Assembly (NCBI GenBank): GCA_964467615.1
Contig: CAYXRK010000003.1
Location: 14,624-78,623 of the forward strand
Reading direction: 5' to 3'
Origin: an uncultured Nitrospirales bacterium
GTDB taxonomy: Bacteria > Hydrogenedentota > Hydrogenedentia > Hydrogenedentales > GCA-2746185
Length of the DNA: 64,000 nt
Below the pieces are notes generated by a model that was not told the DNA's origin, searched no databases, and was given only the letters and a program-made list of their open reading frames with translations. How positions within the stretch are numbered: the first letter of the stretch is position 1; every line of letters begins with the position of its first letter. Position numbers and translations under genes: made by a program. Below, piece after piece: positions 58,432 through 64,000 of this stretch.

Positions 58432-59484
58432 ATGTACCAATCGCTGAGCATTAATCACCTGCGAGGAATTCGCGAGCTTACTCTTAAACCATTGCAGCGG
58501 ATTTCACTGATTACCGGGCGCAATGGCTGTGGAAAAACCACTATTCTAGAAGCGATGTTTTTGATTGTGGGTCACCACAATCCTCAGATTCCGTTCAGCG
58601 TCGGTGGCTGGCGTGGAATGTTAGAAGAATCCGCAGAGGAGACCGTTTCCTGGTTGTTCGGGTCAAAAGAAACTGCGGCCCCAATTGAGATTAGCGTTGA
58701 ACGGGAGGGTATCTCCTTCGCGTTGTCCGTAACGTTTCTATCGCCGGAACAAATGAAAGACGAAAAAATCTATCTTGTAGACCCTGTTTCCGGCGAACAG
58801 AGTACAACTGAAATTGGTCAAGTGCCCGGAATCAAAATGATCCTAAAGAAAGGCGATGTGGCCCTCTCAGAGTCGGGATTGATACTACTTCGAGACGGCC
58901 CAGCCATTGGCGCATCCGCTCCCCAGCTTGGGTATGCCTCATTCATCAACGCGTTCACCACAACGACGAAGGACAATCCCAAGCGATTCAGTCGTTGCCG
59001 TGAACGTGGCCAAGTCGAGAAAATAATAGAATCTTTGCAGATAATTGAAAAGCGGCTTACCAACCTGGTGATCCACGTCTCGACGAGCGGGAAAACAGGC
59101 ATTTATGCCGATGTGCAGGGTTCTCTGATTCCGATGCCCCTTCTCGGGCAAGGCGCAAGCCGCCTACTTTCCATTGTATTGGCCATTTTCGATGCGGAGA
59201 ATGGTGTCGTATTAGTCGATGAGATTGAAAACGGGTTTCATCACTCGGCGATCGAGAAGATTTGGGAAGCGATTGATGCCGCATCGAAAGGCGCGAACGT
59301 ACAGGTCATGGCGACCACTCACAGTCTAGAATGTATCGACGCTGCGCATCGCCACTTCGAGAAATCGGGAAACTACGATTTCGGATTGCATCGCCTCGAT
59401 GCCTCCAACGGGCTGATCAAAGACGTTGTATACCGGGAAGAAATCCTTGAGGCTGCTATTTCCGGCGGAATCGAGGTTCGTTAG
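58432..59484 (+). CDS. ABC-type/AAA_21-like ATPase of the OLD/PARIS (AriA-like) class
   Basis: 'MYQSLSINHLRGIRELTL' (N-terminal MxxLxIxNFR-type strand), Walker A 'GRNGCGKTT', Q-loop, signature-like 'LGQGASRLLSIVLAI', Walker B 'VVLVDEIENGFH', H-loop 'MATTHS'. GC ~50%. Alternative ATG at 58411. Confidence 0.75.
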   Translation: MYQSLSINHLRGIRELTLKPLQRISLITGRNGCGKTTILEAMFLIVGHHNPQIPFSVGGWRGMLEESAEETVSWLFGSKETAAPIEISVEREGISFALSVTFLSPEQMKDEKIYLVDPVSGEQSTTEIGQVPGIKMILKKGDVALSESGLILLRDGPAIGASAPQLGYASFINAFTTTTKDNPKRFSRCRERGQVEKIIESLQIIEKRLTNLVIHVSTSGKTGIYADVQGSLIPMPLLGQGASRLLSIVLAIFDAENGVVLVDEIENGFHHSAIEKIWEAIDAASKGANVQVMATTHSLECIDAAHRHFEKSGNYDFGLHRLDASNGLIKDVVYREEILEAAISGGIEVR

Positions 59485-60116
59485 TGGCCAGTTCCACCAC
59501 GAAGATTGAAATCAAGTCGCCATGTCTCATTTTGGTCGAAGGACAAGATGATAAGCGCTTCATTTCACAGAACCTTAGGTTTGTTAATATTGATGAGGGC
59601 AGGTGCCAAGTAGAACCCATTGGAGGCAAAGACAGTTTGCGAAATAGGCTTGAAGCCTTGGTGATCTCGCCCGAGTTCGTTACTGTTGAACGCCTGGCAC
59701 TACTGCGCGATGCCGATACGAATGCAGAGTCAGCATTTCAAAGTTGTGCTGGTGCGATTCGAGCCGCGCAACTAGATCCTCCGAACTCCATTGGCGCATT
59801 CTCCGAGGGCACTCCCCGCGTCGGTGTCTTCATACTTCCCGGTTATTCGAGAAGCGGAGAGTTAGAGGATCTGTTGCTTGACTCGATCGAGGGCTGCAAG
59901 AGGACCGGCCTTGCGCAGGAGTATTTGTCACGCGTGAAGAGCGCGGGCCTCCCAACTGACAAAGACTCGAAAGCGGTGGTGTACTCATACTTGGCGTGCC
60001 AGGAACGATCAGGACTCCGGATCGGCGAGGCGACCGAGAAGGGGTATTTCCCACTCAATTCGCCAGCTTTTCGGCCGTTGCAAGACTTCTTGAAAGAGTT
60101 CGCTTCCGGTACGTAA
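59484..60116 (+). CDS. Toprim-like small protein (DUF4276/DUF4435-like, OLD-family nuclease domain encoded separately)
   Basis: GTG start overlaps the ATPase stop by 1 nt (taGtg). 'PCLILVEGQDDKRF' is a Toprim motif-1 glutamate in a beta-strand context. 'ALLRDADTNAE' is a DxD metal-binding motif. 210 aa, low GC. Confidence 0.6.
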   Translation: MASSTTKIEIKSPCLILVEGQDDKRFISQNLRFVNIDEGRCQVEPIGGKDSLRNRLEALVISPEFVTVERLALLRDADTNAESAFQSCAGAIRAAQLDPPNSIGAFSEGTPRVGVFILPGYSRSGELEDLLLDSIEGCKRTGLAQEYLSRVKSAGLPTDKDSKAVVYSYLACQERSGLRIGEATEKGYFPLNSPAFRPLQDFLKEFASGT

Positions 60117-60154
60117 TGCGAACGAGCGTGCTTCGTCAACTTATCTGCCGTGAG

Positions 60155-61246
60155 TTACCGCCGCGTCAGCTTCCGCACGACGTTGTTCTGGTGATCGGCG
60201 AAGTACACGTTTCCCTCCGCGTCGACGTCGAGGATGTCGGGGATGAATATTTTTGCTTCCTCGGCGGGGCCGCCGTCGCCCGTCCAGCCGATTTTCCCAA
60301 CGCCCGCCACGGTGTGCAGCAGACCGTCAGCCGTGACAACGCGCACGCGGTTGTTGACCTGATCGGAAATGAAGACATTGCCGTCGCGGTCCACATCGAC
60401 CCCCGTCGGCTCGCCGAGGTTGGCCGTAGTCGCGGGCAGGCCGTCGCCGTTGAAACGCTTTTCGCCGGTGCCGGCGATGGTCGTAACGATTCCGTCCGTC
60501 GAAATTTTGCGAATGCGGTGGTTGTTGAAGTCGGCAACGAAAAGATTGCCTGATGCGTCGCGCGCGATCGCCGATCCGCCGGTCATCGTGGCCTGTGTTG
60601 CGGGTCCGCCGTCGCCGCTAAATCCCTCTTCACCCGTGAAGTCAATCGTAGTGACGATGCCCTTCGCGTCAATCTTGCGGACGCGTCGGTTTCCCGAATC
60701 GGCGATGTACAGGTTTCCAGCGTCGTCCGCGACCATATGATTTGCCGAATTGAAATGCGCCGCGCTCGCCGGCCCGCCGTCACCGTCGAACGCGCGCCTC
60801 CCGTCGCCGGAAAGCAGCCGCCCAGTTCCGTCCGCACCGACTTTGAACAGTTTATTGTGCCCGCGGCTGAACACGTACAGGTTGTCGCTGGGATCCACCG
60901 CGATCCCGTACGCGCTGACGATATTCGTCTCGAGTGCGGGCAATTCCTCGTGCTGCATCCCCGTTTCGCCGGTGCCCATGACCGTGCGAATCACACCGTC
61001 GCGCCCCACGACCCGAACGCGTGAGTTGTTGTTGTCGGCGATGTAGACCTCGCCCTTGCTGCTCACCGCCACCGCGGTGGGGTGATCGAGTTGCGCCGCG
61101 GTCGCGGGGCCGCCGTCGCCGCTGAATCCAGGCGTGTGGTTTCCGGCAATGGTGTTGATGATGAACCGCGGCGGTTCGGCGTGAATTGTGGCAGCACAGA
61201 CAATCAGTGCCGTTGCGGCCAGTTTGGATGCGAAATTACGGAACAT
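60155..61246 (-). CDS. NHL-repeat six-bladed beta-propeller protein, secreted
   Basis: Signal peptide (MFRNFASKLAATALIVCAATIHA). Six repeats of '..G.AG.FSGDGGPAT.A.L..P.GVAVD..GN.YIAD..N.R.R...'. Confidence 0.8.
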   Translation of the reverse strand: MFRNFASKLAATALIVCAATIHAEPPRFIINTIAGNHTPGFSGDGGPATAAQLDHPTAVAVSSKGEVYIADNNNSRVRVVGRDGVIRTVMGTGETGMQHEELPALETNIVSAYGIAVDPSDNLYVFSRGHNKLFKVGADGTGRLLSGDGRRAFDGDGGPASAAHFNSANHMVADDAGNLYIADSGNRRVRKIDAKGIVTTIDFTGEEGFSGDGGPATQATMTGGSAIARDASGNLFVADFNNHRIRKISTDGIVTTIAGTGEKRFNGDGLPATTANLGEPTGVDVDRDGNVFISDQVNNRVRVVTADGLLHTVAGVGKIGWTGDGGPAEEAKIFIPDILDVDAEGNVYFADHQNNVVRKLTRR

Positions 61247-61295
61247 GAAGTCCCTCCGTTCAATCTAATCGTTGATTTCCCGGAGGATTAGACGA

Positions 61296-61470
61296 CGGCA
61301 ACTGTGCCGCGGTTTGACCTGTACCGCAGAAAATCGACTGATAATATTCAGACGAGCGGTAACGTGTTCGCCTAATTCATACCGACGACAAAGCTCACCG
61401 TCGTCGTTCCGCTGCAACATTCGCACGCCGCGCCCACCGGATATCCCACACCCATAAGCCCGCGCCTTCG
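61296..61470. repeat. degenerate ~170-bp duplicate of the thiolase 3' end plus its downstream hairpin region (other copy at 62995-63260)
   Basis: The two segments align with ~80% identity plus a ~75-nt internal deletion in the upstream copy. This copy retains an in-frame relic '...GTTTVSFVVGMN*' on the minus strand, identical to the thiolase C-terminus. Confidence 0.65.
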
Positions 61471-61590
61471 CAACCTTTCTTCCTCCTCGAACGTCTTTAT
61501 CAACAATTGGGTTAAATTCCCAAGTGCAACACCTGCAAGTCGGAGGGGTAGTCCCTGGCACGCGCATCTAGTCTGACATCGATTCGTAGC

Positions 61591-62934
61591 GTGGCGATCA
61601 GCGCCGCGTTCTTTCTCGTGATGAATTCCGTCGCGAATTCCGAACTTCTTGTCTTTCGTAAAGTCACCGTATTGCCCATGACGGGCAAAGGCCCGCTCGA
61701 ACGACAGACCGTCGTTGTAGACGCGGACCGAATCGTCGCGATTGGGCCCAGCAACGACGTTGTCGTACCGGACAACGCGCGGATCGTTGAGGCCGCCGGG
61801 AAATTCCTTATCCCAGGTCTCTTTGACATGCACGTCCATCTCTCGAAGATTGGCGAAACGGCGTTGCCGCTTTTCACAGCCAATGGCGTCAGCAGCGTCC
61901 GAGACATGGGAAGCGATTTTGACGAAGTTTCAATGTGGCGCGGGGAGATTGAAGCGGGTGCGCGGGTCGGTCCGCGCATAAAGACACCCGGCCCCATTTT
62001 CGAAAGCGCGACGAGCGTCCAGCGCATGAAGAACGAACGCGTCGTCGAGCCCGTGGAACGCACCCGCGTGCCCGTCCCCGACGCGGAATCGGCGCCGCGA
62101 ATCGTCGAGGCGCTGGCGGCCCGCCGTGTGGACTTTATAAAAATCCGGACCTTTGCCTCGAAGGACGTGTATTTTGCCGTCGCTGAGACGGCGAAGCGCC
62201 TCGGCCTGCCGCTGGTGGGCCACGCCGACCATCTGACTTCGGACGACCTTTTCCGCGCGGGCCACCTGAGCGTCGAGCATGCGCCCCTGCCCCGGTTTGT
62301 CGCGACGACGGACGAAGAACGTAAAGCGCTTTTTGAACGGTTCAAAAGCAGAGGAATCGTGTTCGTCCCCACGCTCGTCAACGCGACGGAGTCATTCCTG
62401 GTGCCGGCGGACCGGGCAGAGGCCATCGTGAACGACCCCGAGGGCCGCATCGACTTCCGGCGGAAGTACGTCTCCGAGCACTTGTTGGCGGACTGGCGCG
62501 AGCAGGTCGGGGAACGGCGAGGCCCGATTCCGGACGCGCTCCGCAGGCTGTTCGAGGACGCTCAACGCAAACTCCGTGAATTGCACGAAGCGGGCGTGCG
62601 CATCCTGCCGGGAACGGACGCGGCCGTCCTCCTCAATTATCCGGGTTTCATGCTGCACATCGAACTCCAGCGTTTCGTCGAACTGCTGGGAATGACGCCG
62701 GAAGAGGCGCTTCTCAGCGCGACCCGATATTCGGCCGAATTTCTCGGCGTCGACGATGAAGTGGGCACGATCGAGGTCGGAAAGCGGGCCGATTTGGTCC
62801 TTCTCGACGCGAATCCCCTCGAAGAAATCTCCCGTACGAACCATATTAACGCCGTCGTGTCTCGGGGCCGGTTCTATGACAAGCAGGGAATCGAAGAACT
62901 CTTGAAGGGCGTCGAGGAAGCCGTTAAGCAATAG
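61591..62934 (+). CDS. amidohydrolase-family metal-dependent hydrolase
   Basis: 'IPGLFDMHVHL' (HxH metal ligands), 'DFIKI' (K), 'LVGHADH', C-terminal 'GKRADLVLLDANPL' and 'PGTD' are the amidohydrolase_1 hallmarks. GTG start 61591, with a stop codon immediately upstream in frame. Confidence 0.75.
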   Translation: MAISAAFFLVMNSVANSELLVFRKVTVLPMTGKGPLERQTVVVDADRIVAIGPSNDVVVPDNARIVEAAGKFLIPGLFDMHVHLSKIGETALPLFTANGVSSVRDMGSDFDEVSMWRGEIEAGARVGPRIKTPGPIFESATSVQRMKNERVVEPVERTRVPVPDAESAPRIVEALAARRVDFIKIRTFASKDVYFAVAETAKRLGLPLVGHADHLTSDDLFRAGHLSVEHAPLPRFVATTDEERKALFERFKSRGIVFVPTLVNATESFLVPADRAEAIVNDPEGRIDFRRKYVSEHLLADWREQVGERRGPIPDALRRLFEDAQRKLRELHEAGVRILPGTDAAVLLNYPGFMLHIELQRFVELLGMTPEEALLSATRYSAEFLGVDDEVGTIEVGKRADLVLLDANPLEEISRTNHINAVVSRGRFYDKQGIEELLKGVEEAVKQ

Positions 62935-63074
62935 GCCGTTGATTCGATTCTCTGCGTGGGCCTCCGATGGGTCATCCTCATTCTCGTCCTGTTGTACGAC
63001 GGCAACAGGGCTGCGGTTTGACCTGCACCGCAGGAACTTGAGCGAAATGTTTGGACGAACGGAAACGTTTCGGC

Positions 63075-64000
63075 CTAATTCATGCCGACGACAAAGCTCA
63101 CCGTGGTCGTGCCGCTGCCGCCGATGTTGAGCGTCGATACGTTCTTCGCACCCTCGACTTGATAGCCGTCAGCCGCGCCGGTCACCTGCTTCGTCGCGTC
63201 GAGCAGCATGCGCACGCCGCTCGCGCCCACGGGATGCCCCACACCCATGAGTCCGCCGCTCGGGTTGATTGGCGTTTCGCCGCCGAGGTCGATCACGCCG
63301 TCCTCGATGGCCTTCCAACTCTCGCCTGGCGCGGTCAAGCCGAAATGATCGATGGCCATATATTCCGTCGGCGTAAAGCAATCGTGCGTTTCGATCGCAT
63401 TGACCGCCTCCACACCGGGCATGCCCGCGCGCGCAAACGCCGCCAGGATCGCCTCGCGCACGTGCGGCAGGATGTACGGATTGTCCTTGCTCTCTTGCAT
63501 CTTGTCGCCGAAAAGGATCGGCGCGGTCGTGTGGCCCCAGCCCTTGATGCGCGGCAGGCCGCCGAGCGATTTCCCGTTGCGCTCGGCCCAATGTTGCGCG
63601 AATTCCTCGGAAGCGAGAAACACGCACGCGCCGCCGTCAGTGACTTGGCTGCAATCCTGGCGGCGGATGCACCCCGCGATGACGGGATTATGCTCGTCGT
63701 TCTCGGTGAAGCTCTCGTCGGTCAACGTCCACGTGCGCGTTTGCGCGTTCGGATTGCGACGCGCGTTATCGAAATTCACCTTCGCGATGTGCGCCAGATG
63801 CTCCCGCTTGAGCCCGTAACGTTTCTCGTATTCATCGCCCAATTTGCCGAACAGATCCGGGAACGGGAACTCGACGCCCTGGCATTCGCGGTCGAACCAC
63901 GCGGCTACGCCGAGGTGTTGCGCCGTTTCCTTACCGGAACGGTTCCGCTGCATTTCAACGCCGAGCACGCACGCAACGTCGTAACGGCCGGCTTCGATTT
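63075..64000 (-). CDS. thiolase-family acetyl-CoA C-acyltransferase (SCP-x-like), 5' end beyond the window
   Basis: C-terminal thiolase domain with catalytic His/Cys region 'ETHDCFTPTEYMAIDHFGL' and 'GVGHPVGASGVRMLL', ending '...GSGTTTVSFVVGMN'. The reading frame continues past nt 63968 to the window edge. Confidence 0.75.
   Translation of the reverse strand, partial: IEAGRYDVACVLGVEMQRNRSGKETAQHLGVAAWFDRECQGVEFPFPDLFGKLGDEYEKRYGLKREHLAHIAKVNFDNARRNPNAQTRTWTLTDESFTENDEHNPVIAGCIRRQDCSQVTDGGACVFLASEEFAQHWAERNGKSLGGLPRIKGWGHTTAPILFGDKMQESKDNPYILPHVREAILAAFARAGMPGVEAVNAIETHDCFTPTEYMAIDHFGLTAPGESWKAIEDGVIDLGGETPINPSGGLMGVGHPVGASGVRMLLDATKQVTGAADGYQVEGAKNVSTLNIGGSGTTTVSFVVGMN

Noticed and set aside
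1-64000. Searched for CRISPR arrays, transposases, integrases and rRNA
   Set aside because: No regularly spaced direct-repeat array, no DDE/tyrosine/serine recombinase-like ORFs and no rRNA-like conserved stretches were seen. The only dispersed-repeat-like items are the palindromic elements reported above.

Overview
This is a high-GC (~65-68%) bacterial chromosomal segment from an organism with Gram-negative envelope genes. It is dense with housekeeping genes: lpxA, a Gfo/Idh/MocA oxidoreductase and lpxB, then polA, rho, trpS, infA, rpsD, asd, trxA, pfkA, mfd and a tRNA-Ala. Transport and catabolic genes are interspersed: cstA, an MFS symporter, a DAACS symporter, a DhaA-type haloalkane dehalogenase, an Fe-type ABC importer, four MBL-fold hydrolases and an amidohydrolase. 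One 9.4-kb gene encodes a ~3,100-aa secreted beta-helix/Ig/PKD adhesin-like protein with a C-terminal anchor. I see no transposase, integrase or CRISPR. Three low-GC islands (~50-55%) stand out as probable horizontally acquired cargo. (i) 58.4-60.1 kb carries a translationally coupled ABC-type ATPase plus a small Toprim-like protein, a split OLD/PARIS-like candidate defence pair. (ii) 52.5-53.8 kb carries an FRG-domain protein plus a small partner ORF. (iii) 49.0-50.8 kb carries an orphan low-GC protein plus DinD/RhuM. Other notable items: a PilZ-PilT fusion ATPase; a radical-SAM/SPASM enzyme linked by a 22-bp long-range inverted repeat to an MBL hydrolase just upstream of the giant adhesin; a ~170-bp duplicated thiolase 3'-end flanking the amidohydrolase gene; a nested palindromic element upstream of trpS; and an N/Q-rich prion-like N-terminus on Rho.
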